A DNA stretch of 63,156 bases, filler included, from Octopus bimaculoides (GCF_001194135.2; 5 parts of 5 records of this genome joined end to end with filler, not necessarily neighbours in it), one strand, 5' to 3'. Counted from the first letter of the whole stretch, positions 25,971 through 38,212 are shown. Translations and numbers: made by a program. The notes: a model not told the origin generated them from the letters alone.

Positions 25971-27290
25971 CCTACCACTGCTGGGCCGAATCCTTTGTGG
26001 ATTGGCGCGAATCCTCGTGGATGAACTCGTTTAATCAGCTCTCGTTGAACTGATCAGATCGGTCAGAATAGGTGAGTCTGTGGTCGAATTTCCTCTACTT
26101 CAAGCTGGAGAATCCGTTTGTATACAGTTCATTCTGTAATAGCACCTTCGGTGTATACAACATAAATATAATATCCCAAGTGGTTTGGCAGCTTTGAGAC
26201 ATTTGATGGAAACTACTAGAAGGTGTAAAAAATGCTCGTTGTTTTTATTAGCACTCCATCGTCATGTGTCTGGAATGAATTAAAATTTATTCAAATATCA
26301 AAAACAATAAGCAAATGTTCTCGGGGAAGAATAAAACTACAAAATCTATAAAGTATAAGCTATAAAAATATTTTTCGTTAAATCAAATAACATTGGAAAG
26401 AAATGGAAGTATTTATCTTACAACCAAATATATATATACGTATGTATGTATGTATGTATGTATGTATGTATGTATGCATGTATGTATGTATGCATGTATT
26501 TTCAGGACTAAATAAAAAGACAACAAGCAGAAAATATAACACACCTGTATATATGTGTATATATATATATATATATAAAATTTAAAAACAAAACGTGATG
26601 TAAATAAACATACGAACATATACTAAACACACAGACAAACAGAAGGTCAAAACACAGAAGGTCACCAACTCCTCTTCAGTTATCGACCAGAGGGTCGAGT
26701 GCAATTTCGGCCATTATGTATGTATGTGTGTATGTATGTATGTGTGTATGTATGCATGTGTGTATATATGTATGTATGCATGTATGTACTTACTACGTAC
26801 ATACGTGTGTATGTATATGTATATATATATATATGTTTGTACATGTGTGTGTTTGTGTTTGTGTGCGTGCGTGTGCATGTGTTTGAGTATGCATTTACGT
26901 ATCTGTATACTGTGACTTCATTGAAAACAAATTCGTTGAAAGCCTATTGACCAGAGGATATATTCGTTGAAAGGCAAAATGGTGGTAAGACATATTCGTA
27001 GAAAAAAACATCAGAACTTCATATGAACTGAATTTTGTTTTTAAAAACAATTTATGGTAATTTTGAAATAAAAACAAATTATTTTTAAATGAGATCTATT
27101 TTCGATTTATTTTCAGGCTGTCATTTTAACAGCAAATACATTTAAAAAGAAATACATCGAAACTTGATATCAACTATTTTATTTAACAAACAATTTATTG
27201 CAAATCAAATAATTTCTGTAACGAATAATGTCTAAAGCTGAATGACTATATGAATGATTTATATACTTTTCTGTTAATAACACTAATAAT

Positions 27291-27493
27291 GTTTTAAAAT
27301 TTTGCCACAAGGGCAGCAATTTTGGGAGAGAGGTTGATCGCCCCCAGAGTTTAACTGATACTTATTTTATCGACTTCGAAAATATGAAAGGTAAAGTCGA
27401 CCTCGGCGGAATTTGAACTCGAACGTAGCGATGGGCTAAATACCGTTAAGCATTTCGTCCAACGCGCTAACGATTCAGCCCTCTCATCGCCTT
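27291..27493 (-). mobile_element. SINE family A
   Basis: Contains ttttatcgacttcgaaaatatgaaaggtaaagtcgacctcggcggaatttgaactcgaacgtagcg. Confidence 0.85.
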
Positions 27494-27856
27494 CTTAACA
27501 ACAATAATAATGTTGTATAAAAGCACTCGAGTTGAAATTTCATGGCAAAAGAGTATCGCTGTTTGGGTCTACCCAATAATTTCACTGATTTTATTTCATC
27601 GACCCAACCTACAAGAAAGAAAAACAAAAATGACAAAGCTGATAATGGTGGGATTTGCTTCTGACAGTTTTGTTCAACGGATAAGTTTGTAGCTATGCTA
27701 TGGAACACCCTAGTAATAATCATTTTTAATATACGCCTACGACAAGAGCAATTCGATGGATACCGATACTTATGCAGTCGAACTCAATTATTGTGTGCCT
27801 AGCATGTCTGTCTAAAACAATAACGAGTTTTGGACGTGAATATACTATGTTTAACC

Positions 27857-27956
27857 NNNNNNNNNNNNNNNNNNNNNNNNNNNNNNNNNNNNNNNNNNNN
27901 TTAATTAATTAANNNNNNNNNNNNNNNNNNNNNNNNNNNNNNNNNNNNNNNNNNNN
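27857..27956. other. Artificial assembly linker N44-TTAATTAATTAA-N44
   Basis: Same 100-bp structure as at 17233. Confidence 0.9.
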
Positions 27957-28296
27957 GGTGAGGCCCAATGTACGAAGGTCTTGCCTCACCACCTCAGCCC
28001 AGGTCTTCCTGGGCCTACCTCTTCCACGGGTTCCCTCAACTGTTAGGGTGTGGCACTTTTTCACGCAGCTATCCTCATCCATTCTCACCACATGTCCATA
28101 CCAGCGCAATCGTCTCTCTTGCACGCCACAACTGATGCTTCTAATGTTCAGCTTTTCTCTCAAGATACTTACACTCTGACGGGTATTCACATTGACATTA
28201 CACATCCAACGGAGCATACTGGCTTCATTCCTTGCGAGCTTACGTATGTCCTCAGCAGTTACAGCCCATGTTTCACTGCCATGTAGCATGGTTGTT
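27957..28296 (-). mobile_element. RTE-clade LINE 3' ORF fragment
   Basis: MLHGSETWAVTAEDIRKLARNEASMLRWMC..VQERRLRWYGHVVRMDEDSCVKK..EGTRGRGRPRKTWAEVVRQDL contains the RTE hallmarks RLRWxGHVxRM and RxRGRPRKTW. Confidence 0.92.
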
Positions 28297-28462
28297 ATAT
28301 ATTTGTTTTTGGAACAGTAAATCTTCCAGTATGTAACACTATAAATAATAGTGTAGCATGTTGTAGATATTGGGTTAAAAAAAACCTTGGATTGAAAAGG
28401 TTCAAGGCTATGCATAGGACTTAAACACACAGTGATACATACACACACACACACATACATAT

Positions 28463-28810
28463 AGGTGTAGGTGTGGCTGCGTGGTTAGAAGTTTGCTTCC
28501 TAACCACATAGTTTCGGGTTCAATCCCACTGCATGGTACCTTGGGCAAGTGTTTTCTACTATAGTCTTTCTACCAATGCCTTGTGAGTGGATTTGTTAGA
28601 AGGAAACTGAGGAAAGCCCATCATACATGTGTGTGTGTGTGTGTTTGCCCCCACCACTGCTTGGCAAGCAGTGTTAGCATGTTTACATCCCTGTAACATA
28701 ATGGTTTGGTAAAAGAGACCGATAGAATAAGTACCAGACTAAAATTCTTCATAGCGGTGCCCCAGCATGGCCACAGTCTAATGACTGAAACAAGTAAAGG
28801 TTAAAAGATA
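28463..28810 (+). mobile_element. SINE family B (tRNA head; 3' tail shared with the CR1 LINE)
   Basis: Head ggtgtggctgcgtggttagaag..gggttcaatccc and tail gcggtgccccagcatggccacagtctaatgactgaaacaagtaaagg. Confidence 0.88.
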
Positions 28811-29171
28811 CATACGGAGAGAGAGAGAGAGACAGACAGACAGACATGCACACATTTACATATGTGCTTGCAGTTAAATATCATCCATGAGGCTGCTTCC
28901 TGTTAAAATACTGGAAGAAAGGTCAGAGAGGAGAGTCAAGTCGAAGTATCTCAGGCAGATTAGAAAAAGCTGTTGCTAGATTCTAGTTTTTTGGTCTGAG
29001 GTAGCATGATGTGATGTTGGAAAGTGCGACTTTGTAAAGTATAAATAAGTTCTCTTTCTTTCTGTCTGTCTGTCTTTCCCTCTCCCTATCCCCCTCTCTC
29101 TTTACATATATGTGTATGTGTATAGATATGTGTGTATGGTATATATATATATATATATATTTATATATTAC

Positions 29172-29897
29172 AGATTCCATCACATGCCAGGAGGAAAAAC
29201 TAAAAGTAGTTGATAGCTTCCGTTACCTAGGTGACCAAGTCAGTAGCGGGGGGTGGGGGTGGATGCCCTGAGAGCATAGCTGCTAGAATAAGAATAGCCT
29301 GGGCAAAGTTCAGAGAACTACCTCTGCTGATAACAAAGGGTCAATCACTCAGAGTGAAAAGTAGACTGATGCATGTGTATGAACAGCCATGCTACTCAGC
29401 AGTGAAACGTGGGCTGTGACTGCTGAGGACATGCATAGGCTTGAAATAAATGAAGCTAGTATGCTCTGCTGGATGTGTAATGTTAGTGTGCATATACGAC
29501 AGAGTGTAAGCACCCTGAGAGAAAAGTTGGACATCAAATGTGGTATGCAAGAGAGATGACTGCGCTGGTATGATCACAGATGAGGACAGCTATCTGAAGA
29601 AGTGTCACACCCAAACAGTGGAGGGAACCTGTGGAAGGGGTAGATCCAGGAAGACATGGGATGAGGTGGTGAAGCACGACCTGCAAACTTTGAGCCTCAC
29701 AAAGGCTATGACAAGTGACTGAGACCTTTGCAAATATGCTGTGTTTGAGAAGACCCAGCAAGCCAAATGAGATCGTAGCTGTGGCTGATGCCAGTGTTGC
29801 ATAACTAGCTTGTTTAAAAGTATCCTTCAACTGTTGGGCAATATGCTGTGCTTGAGATGACCTGTTGAGTCAAGTGAAATCGTAGTCATGGCTGAAT
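29172..29897 (+). mobile_element. RTE-clade LINE 3' fragment, same family as 27957-28296, opposite orientation
   Basis: Reads VVDSFRYLGDQVSSGG..ESIAARIRIAWAKFREL..SETWAVTAEDM..EASML.WMCNV..EGTCGRGRSRKTWDEVVKHDLQTL across several frameshifts. Confidence 0.9.
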
Positions 29898-29940
29898 TTG
29901 GTAAACAGAAACTGAAAGAAGTTTATATATATATATATAT

Positions 29941-30061
29941 AGGGAGAATTCATGGAAAAACAACAGATGAAGACAGGTAGTGTAGAAAACAAACAGATGT
30001 ATTAGTATAACACTCGGGAATTGAAAAAGTCTTTAACGTTTCGAGCCTACGCTCTTCCACA
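29941..30061 (-). mobile_element. Penelope-like terminal-repeat fragment with hammerhead-like motif
   Basis: The minus strand reads gtggaa-GAGC-gtag-GCTC-GAAACgt (4-bp stem followed by GAAAC). Homologous to 119-240. Confidence 0.5.
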
Positions 30062-30094
30062 TATATACATGTTCTTTCTTATGTATATATATCC

Positions 30095-30445
30095 TTTTCT
30101 GCCAGATCAGATTGGAGCCTGGTGTAGCCACCTCGTTCGCCAGTCCTCAGTCAAATCGTCCAACCCATGCTAGCATGGAAGGCGGACATTAAACGATGAT
30201 GATGATGATAAATATATCTATATATTTTACTGCCTCCTTGCCTTGACATGGTGTGAAATTTGTGAGTGTCCTTTGTTTCCATTCTTTTGAGACATGTCTG
30301 GCCATGGGGAAATATTAACTTACTTGGAAATGTGGAGGTTGGCAACAAGGGCATCCAGCTGTAGAAAATCTGCCTCAACTGATTCTGTCTGATCCATGCA
30401 AACATGGAAAAGTGGATGTTAACCAATGTTGATGATGATGATAAT
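30095..30445 (+). mobile_element. Two LINE-type 3' UTR fragments ending in (GAT)n tails, probably RTE
   Basis: aacccatgctagcatggaaggcggacattaaacgatgatgatgat and tccatgcaaacatggaaaagtggatgttaa..gatgatgatgat. Related to 53140-53350. Confidence 0.6.
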
Positions 30446-31355
30446 GACGACAATAGCAATGCTTTGTAGGGAAATTGTGGCAGCATTTTTATGGACAGAT
30501 GCAGTTTTTTTCTTTTCCTGTTGCTAACTCTTACTTGTCTTATGAGTAAGGATTTTTTTTTTTTTTTTTTTTTTNNNNNNNNNNTGTCAAGAAATCCAAC
30601 AAGCTGAGCCCAACCAAAACTAGTGACATCACTGATTGTGGCTGAGCTGCAAATAGTGACATCACGATTCATAGCTCAGCATACTTTGGTAAACATTCAA
30701 ACACACACATACACATGCACATACACATGTACACATACACACAAACACATACATGCATTCATGCACATTCACATATATGCACAAACACATGTATGCACAC
30801 ACATATACACACTTGCATATATTCTCATGTGGGCAGTCACACACACACACACACTCTGTTCTTCTTTCAGTTTCCATCTACCAAATTTTTTCCCAAATCT
30901 ATAGTACAAAAACCCTTGTCCAAGGTGCTTATGCTGCACAATGAAACTGAACCCAAGACCATATGGTTTAGAAGTGAACTTCTTAACCACATAATCATAC
31001 CTGCACCTCCTAGTTTTATCAAATTTTGCAAAACAAGACTTGATAAGAGCATAACCCATACAACAAGCATTAGTTTCTTATCATAATAAAGAAAATTTAA
31101 TTCAGTCAGATGTTCATATCCTGATAAGAACCTGACCTTTTTAGCAATTATATTCTTTGGGGATATGAAGACTGAAAACGTTTTTAAAGATCTTACAGTC
31201 TTAAAATTCATTGTTTCTAGTTTCCAGAAGCTTCTCTGTTACCAAAACTTTATGTATGATCTTTTGGCACAGGTTTAGAAGCTTACTTGGCAACCATGTG
31301 GTTTCAGGGTCAGTTCTACTGTGCAGCACTTTGGGCAAGTGTTTTGTGTTAAAGC

Positions 31356-31590
31356 TTTCTTATTTCTTTATTGCCCACAAGGGGCTAAACATAGAGGGGA
31401 CAAACAAGGACAGACAAAGGGATTAAGTCGATTACATCGACCCCAGTGCGTAACTGGTACTTAATTTATCGACCCTGAAAGGATGAAAGGCAAAGTTGAC
31501 CTCGGCGGAATTTGAACTCAGAACGTAACAGCAGACGAAATACCGCTAAGCATTTCACCCGGCGTGCTAATGTTTCTGCCAGCTACCACC
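31356..31590 (-). mobile_element. SINE family A variant with long tail
   Basis: Core gtcgattacatcgaccccagtgcgtaactggtacttaatttatcgaccctgaaaggatgaaagg. The tail ttcttatttctttattgcccacaagggg is homologous to the reverse complement of 34930-35017. Confidence 0.88.
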
Positions 31591-32002
31591 CTTTCTGCTG
31601 ACCAATACCCTCTGTGGAAGCCCATCATGTGTGTATAAATATGTGTGTGTGTGTATACGTGTACACGCACATACATATATGTCCGTATTTATATCTTTCT
31701 ATCTGTCATGCTGCCTCTGGGCTTAACAGCCCCCATTGATTTCTTTATGTGTCTATCCTTATAACCTCAGTGGAATTTGAACTCAGAACGTAGCGATAGA
31801 TGAAATACTGCTAAGCATTTCATTCAGCGTGCTAATGATTCTGCCAGCTCACCGCCCTAATAATAATAGTAGTACAGGACTATACTGTGTGGGGTTAATA
31901 ATAAATAAGTGAATTAAAAATCTGACTAAATAAATAAATAAAGCAGTTAATATTTTTATGTTTTGAAGAAAAATTTAATTCTAACCAAATCTTACATTTC
32001 AG

Positions 32003-32175
32003 ATGGCTGAGCAATCTCTGGCCGGCTCCTCTCGTATTGACCTTGATGAACCAAGATATGACCAGAACACATTCAAAGGTCGTGCTAAGCATTTTTTTAT
32101 CACCACAAACCCTTTAAATTTGTTTACATCATCATCACAACTTGCCTCTGCTAAAACAATTGTTGAAGGTTACAG
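32003..32175 (+). CDS. SFXN1: Sideroflexin (SFXN1/3-like mitochondrial inner-membrane transporter), first coding exon only
   Basis: Acceptor cttacatttcAG|ATG at 32001-32005 and donor TACAG|GTGAG at 32175/32176. The 173 nt translate to MAEQSLAGSSRIDLDEPRYDQNTFKGRAKHFFITTNPLNLFTSSSQLASAKTIVEGY(R). This matches the sideroflexin N-terminal signature EPRW/YDQxTFxGRAxHFFxxTxP as I recall it, and ends in phase 2 within the conserved Y-R. The SFXN1 versus SFXN3 assignment is not resolvable. The exon is absent from the ORF track. Confidence 0.92.
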
Positions 32176-32397
32176 GTGAGAGGTTCTAACTTTTTTACCT
32201 GCACCCAACTTAAGTATATTCCCAGTGAATGCTCATTAGCTTCTTAAACTGAGGATTGTGGGTTTAATGGATATAAATTTTCTTTATGGCAATGCCCCAA
32301 CATGGCCACCACCAAATCACTGAAATTAGGTAAAAGAGTAAATGACCACTATTCTTTTATTCTTTTATTTGTTTCAGTCATTTGACTGTGGCCATGC

Positions 32398-32497
32398 NNN
32401 NNNNNNNNNNNNNNNNNNNNNNNNNNNNNNNNNNNNNNNNNTTAATTAATTAANNNNNNNNNNNNNNNNNNNNNNNNNNNNNNNNNNNNNNNNNNNN
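32398..32497. other. Artificial assembly linker N44-TTAATTAATTAA-N44
   Basis: Same 100-bp structure as at 17233. Confidence 0.9.
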
Positions 32498-32524
32498 TAT
32501 ATATATATATATATATATATGTAT

Positions 32525-32861
32525 GTAGGGGGGTTCCTCCCCTTTAGTCATGAATAATCATGGGATGGCACCTAGAAAGTTACCATGCGAGGCAGAAGTC
32601 CGGTTATTTAAGGACGACCAGCAGTTGCCCGTGCATACCAGCCTCCCCTCTCCACGCCACCGATGTTATCCGAAGGAAAGGCAAAGGCCGATACAGCTTG
32701 ACACCAGTGACCTCGCAACTCATTTCTACATTTGAGTGAAGTGGGGCAACATCAAATAGATATCTTGTTCAAAAACGCAACACACAGCCTTGTCCAGGAG
32801 TCGAACTCCCAATCTTACGATCGTAAACTCGACGCTCTAACCATTGGGCCATACGCCTTCA
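32525..32861 (-). mobile_element. SINE with C2-like head and a third tail type (T3)
   Basis: Minus-strand head tgaaggcgtatggcccaatggttagagcgtcgagtttacgatcgtaagattgggagttcgactcc is related to the heads at 19595 and 44676. The 3' half is unrelated to T1 and T2. Confidence 0.7.
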
Positions 32862-33189
32862 ATATATAGAAATATATAAGCATATATCTATACGAATGTA
32901 CTTTTCTTTAACTATGTTATAATGTTAAAGAAGTAAGAAGAAAATCACTAAGATTTAAAATTACTCTCTGTAAATCTATCGATTTTTGATTAATCAATTC
33001 GTTTTCATTTGAATAAAACCTGAAAACATATTTTAAAAAATCATGAAAATACGATGTAAAAATATCGACGTATATGTTTACATCAAAGTTCTCTTAATTA
33101 TCGCCTCAGGCTTAACTTCTCGTTTATCCGGGAATAATTAACAAAAATTTTGTCTTGTTTTTCTTGATAAAATCTACTTAAGAAAAGAG

Positions 33190-33205
33190 CTATATCGCAA
33201 TAGAA

Positions 33206-33278
<73 letters not shown>

Positions 33279-33785
33279 CCCTCGTCAAAATCATCACCAT
33301 CATCAGCATCGTCGTCGTGTCGATGTTAGTAACAGCGATGATAACGATGATGATGATAATTGTGATGACGACGACGATCATGATGATAGTGGTGGTGGAG
33401 GTGGTGGTGGTGGTGGTGGTGATGATGATGATGATGATCATGATGATCATGATCATGATCATCATAATGATCTCCCCCCTCCTCCTCCTCCTCCTCATCA
33501 TCATCATCATAATCATCATTATCATCATCATCAACATCATCGTGGTCATCAGTGTAATGGAAAGTGCAGATGAATTGGAGCAAAGGTAATCGGTCTCCTG
33601 GTATCTCTCCCCGCTCTCTACTGTCTCAGTTCAATACCTCCTCGAAATCATCTTAGCCTTCCCCCCTATCAGGGTCAATAATAGGGAGCCCCGGCGATAG
33701 TAGCAGTGAATATATTTTCCTCAAAACTTTTCACATTGTGCCAAGCTTTGAAGCAATTATTATTATTATTCTCATTATTATTATT

Positions 33786-33845
<60 letters not shown>

Positions 33846-33871
33846 GTTATTATTATTATCATTATTATAGT

Positions 33872-33921
<50 letters not shown>

Positions 33922-33940
33922 TTATTATTATTATGATTAT
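33190..33940. repeat. Compound trinucleotide microsatellites (ATT, GAT, GGT, CCT, CAT, ACT)
   Basis: Visible directly. They produce the spurious poly-I, poly-M and poly-H ORFs. Confidence 0.95.
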
Positions 33941-34918
33941 NNNNNNNNNNNNNNNNNNNNNNNNNNNNNNNNNNNNNNNNNNNNNNNNNNNNNNNNNNNN
34001 NNNNNNNNNNNNNNNNNNNNNNNNNNNNNNNNNNNNNNNNNNNNNNNNNNNNNNNNNNNNNNNNNNNNNNNNNNNNNNNNNNNNNNNNNNNNNNNNNNNN
34101 NNNNNNNNNNNNNNNNNNNNNNNNNNNNNNNNNNNNNNNNNNNNNNNNNNNNNNNNNNNNNNNNNNNNNNNNNNNNNNNNNNNNNNNNNNNNNNNNNNNN
34201 NNNNNNNNNNNNNNNNNNNNNNNNNNNNNNNNNNNNNNNNNNNNNNNNNNNNNNNNNNNNNNNNNNNNNNNNNNNNNNNNNNNNNNNNNNNNNNNNNNNN
34301 NNNNNNNNNNNNNNNNNNNNNNNNNNNNNNNNNNNNNNNNNNNNNNNNNNNNNNNNNNNNNNNNNNNNNNNNNNNNNNNNNNNNNNNNNNNNNNNNNNNN
34401 NNNNNNNNNNNNNNNNNNNNNNNNNNNNNNNNNNNNNNNNNNNNNNNNNNNNNNNNNNNNNNNNNNNNNNNNNNNNNNNNNNNNNNNNNNNNNNNNNNNN
34501 NNNNNNNNNNNNNNNNNNNNNNNNNNNNNNNNNNNNNNNNNNNNNNNNNNNNNNNNNNNNNNNNNNNNNNNNNNNNNNNNNNNNNNNNNNNNNNNNNNNN
34601 NNNNNNNNNNNNNNNNNNNNNNNNNNNNNNNNNNNNNNNNNNNNNNNNNNNNNNNNNNNNNNNNNNNNNNNNNNNNNNNNNNNNNNNNNNNNNNNNNNNN
34701 NNNNNNNNNNNNNNNNNNNNNNNNNNNNNNNNNNNNNNNNNNNNNNNNNNNNNNNNNNNNNNNNNNNNNNNNNNNNNNNNNNNNNNNNNNNNNNNNNNNN
34801 NNNNNNNNNNNNNNNNNNNNNNNNNNNNNNNNNNNNNNNNNNNNNNNNNNNNNNNNNNNNNNNNNNNNNNNNNNNNNNNNNNNNNNNNNNNNNNNNNNNN
34901 NNNNNNNNNNNNNNNNNN

Positions 34919-35213
34919 CTTACGCACTGGCTTCGATATAATCGACTTAATCCCTTTTATCTGTCCTTGTTTGTCCACTCTATATTTAGTCCCTTGCGGG
35001 CAATAAAGAAATAAGAAACGTTAGCACGTCGAACGAAATGCTTAGCGGTATTTCATCTGTTTTTACGTTCTGAGTTCAAATTCCGCTGTGGCCGACTTTG
35101 CCTTTTATTCTTCCGGGGTCAATAAGTTAAGTTCCAGTTTTGTACGGGGGTAGATCTAATTGACTAGCCCCTCCCCCCAAATTTCGGGCCTTGTGCCTAG
35201 AGTAGAAAAGAAT
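34919..35213 (+). mobile_element. Two tandem SINE family A pieces
   Basis: A long-tail 3' part (34919-35017) is followed by gaaacgttagcacgtcgaacgaaatgcttagcggtatttc..cgggccttgtgcctagagtagaaaagaat. Confidence 0.85.
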
Positions 35214-35417
35214 ATTTAAAATATCTAATGTATAAGAGACTAAAACACAAAATTTCAAAAGTTGTGACAATAAAAAAAATAAATAAATAAGACATGCGCA
35301 TACAGGCCTTACGAAAATTTTGTGAATGGAGATGAAGTCTCAGCTTCCGCAAGTGTGTCTCAAGGAAGCGAATCCTTGGCATGAAAGTTTGACTAGACAA
35401 AAGCATGGAATAGTTTC

Positions 35418-35423
35418 ATCATT

Positions 35424-35469
<46 letters not shown>

Positions 35470-35845
35470 CCAGCAACAACATAAAACAGCATCAACAGTA
35501 ATAACATCAACCACAAAAACAACATCACCATCAGCAACATCTTCAACATCAACATCAACAACAACAACATCATCAACATCATCAACATCATCAACAATAT
35601 CAACAACAATATTATCAACATCAACCACAATAACAACATCAGCAACAACATCAACAACAAGAATATCAACAACATCAACAAGAATAACATAACAGCATCA
35701 ACAACAATAACATCAACAACAATAACATCAACAATATCAACAACAATATTATAAGCAGCCGCAGTAGCAGTAATAGCAGCAGCGACAAAAAACAAGAATA
35801 AAAGTAAGCTCAACAGCAACAACAACAACAACAACAAATGCAACA
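35418..35845. repeat. (CAT)n / (CAACAT)n / (CAA)n low-complexity tract
   Basis: Visible directly. Confidence 0.92.
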
Positions 35846-35919
35846 AAACCACATGACCAGCAAGAAAAAGCCTTATATATTTCCATACGGGAGAAATTCG
35901 TGTCCTAAATACGGAATCA

Positions 35920-36009
35920 GATGCTGTTATTGTGGATATAAAGGCTGAGCATAGCCATTTAGAAATATCTCGATTTTTAAAAGTTGTCAGATCTTTCGTC
36001 TACAAAGTT
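35920..36009 (+). mobile_element. Possible Tc1/mariner transposase N-terminal HTH remnant
   Basis: Frame reads DAVIVDIKAEHSHLEISRFLKVVRSFVYKV, which has HTH-like spacing (xEIxRxLKVxRSxVxKV). Recognised from memory; a search is needed. Confidence 0.45.
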
Positions 36010-36061
36010 TTTTAAGGGGCTAGAGACTGAAGATGGAAACGTATATTCTTTTCTGAATATT

Positions 36062-36162
36062 CAGTTTTTCTAAATCCTGTAAAAGAACTCGGAAGACTGG
36101 GCCTCCAGCTAGGCTTTTCGCGATATGCTTGTAGTCAGGAACTTTTCAGCACCCACTCGAAT
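36062..36162 (-). mobile_element. Mariner-type terminal inverted repeat / MITE end
   Basis: Minus strand tattcgagtgggtgctgaaaagttcctgac resembles TA-CGAGGGGxxGCTGAAAAGTTCC mariner termini. The partner TIR was not found. Confidence 0.5.
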
Positions 36163-36642
36163 ATTGTAATATCACATACAACCGGGTTCAGCAATCGATG
36201 TGCAGTCTTCTCGGCCCACTAAAACAGTATCATTCTCTCAAATGAGTTATTTCTAAGACAGATAATTATCTACTTTAAGAACAAATGTTATATGCTGCAC
36301 TTTTAATTAAATTATTAATTTATTTGAATATCTCAGGTAATGAAAATTTCGGTTGTTAAGAAGAAAAAAATCAATAAGAATCTCAGTTCTTATCAAAACA
36401 CAATTGCAGAAAACTATAGTGTAACATGAAATAACGAAGCAATATTACATATTTTATTAAAATGTTTGAAAATATTTATATGTTTCATATTCGCTAAGCT
36501 CATTCATTTTTAATTAACTTCTTATGCCGCATCATTTACAATAAAACATCCTACTATGAAGCGGAATATATTTAAATTTCAAAGACAGCGAACTGTAATT
36601 CTATCATCAGTATATATATATATGTGTATGTTTATCTCTCTC

Positions 36643-36679
<37 letters not shown>

Positions 36680-37962
36680 TCGTGTATATCGGTGTGTCTT
36701 TGTGTATGTGTGTGTGTGCACGCGCGTATCTGATTGTATGAGATTGTATATAGGTGTGTATCAATTAATTGAATATTATATCTATCTATCTATCTATCTA
36801 TCTATATCAGTGTATATATAAATGCGTTTGTGTATATAAATCTATGTACCATAGAAGTTAAATATTCATTTACTCACATAACATTGTTCACAGCAACACA
36901 CATACATCCATAGAACATAAATATATTCATACGCGCCCCAAAATGTATGCGCTACCTCTACCTCTTTCATGAACATCAAATATGCAAGAATTATTATCGC
37001 TTTGCAAATATATGAGAATGATAAATGTAAAGAATATAACATTGAAAAAATATATCGAGTTTCTTTTTTTTTTCCTAAAATAAAGATTGTAATATATTGC
37101 GCATTTGCTTGTTATATCTTTTATTGTTTATATTTATAAGACAGAATAGGCTTTTAAACAAAAATGCCACTTCAGCAAAATTATTGCATTACTGCATTCA
37201 ATCCATAAGTGAATGCATTTAACATATATTTCCAATAGTTTTAGAAATCTAAAAAATAGGAAATATTTCTCAATACAATATGTATCTCTTTTTGTTATTT
37301 ATTTCGAACTTGTTTTTCACATATTAACCAATATTTCCCAGAATATATATATATATATATATATACAAACATACATATGTGTGCGCATATGTGTGTGTGT
37401 GTGGGGGGGGCGTATTCTAAGAGCATTTTAATGCTATTATATATTCAATTGCTGCCATACTTAATTATTTAATTGCAAAAAAAAGTAATAAACTTTATGG
37501 GAAAACTTCAAATGAAAAATAACTATATTTCATAATACCCAGGAATACAATTGAAAACAAAATTTCAAATTAATTTTTTTTATATTCAGGGATTCGTGTT
37601 TTATATAGGTGTAAATCGTCTAAAACCTGCAGACATTTTTCATTTTGCTTACACATGTTTAATAATACATACTGGTCTTTGTTTTGAAAAGAAATAAACA
37701 CATACCTCATACTTGAAATTGTATTTGTAAATTGTATTTTCTTTGTTCTTTTGTTCTGTTATTTTTTTTGTGAAGACTAGTTATTGTCAACATTGATTAT
37801 ATTTTTGACAGCTGATCAACACAATAAGAATGATATATTTCTTTTCCTATTTCACCTCTAACATATTTTCAAAACAACATGTGAAAATTGCTCGAATATT
37901 CCATTTCGAATGAAAGGCAGAGTAATGATGTATACATACGTACAAACATAAATACCTACACG

Positions 37963-38047
<85 letters not shown>

Positions 38048-38212
38048 ATCTGCATTTGTGCTTTACGTTTTATAGGAAACAATTTTAATGATTTATCTTA
38101 TAGGCAAACGAACACAAATGTATAGGAAACCACAGATGCTTATATCGACCATGCATTTTGTTCATTTGTATTGTTTTTTCATTGTTGCTTGAATATAGGC
38201 AAGTAAATCTGT

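Noticed and set aside
33190-33589. His-, Asp-, Ile- and Met-rich ORFs (also 1431-1647, 35340-35852, 51668-52009)
   Set aside because: They are translations of compound trinucleotide microsatellites, open in several frames and on both strands, with no splice or homology support.
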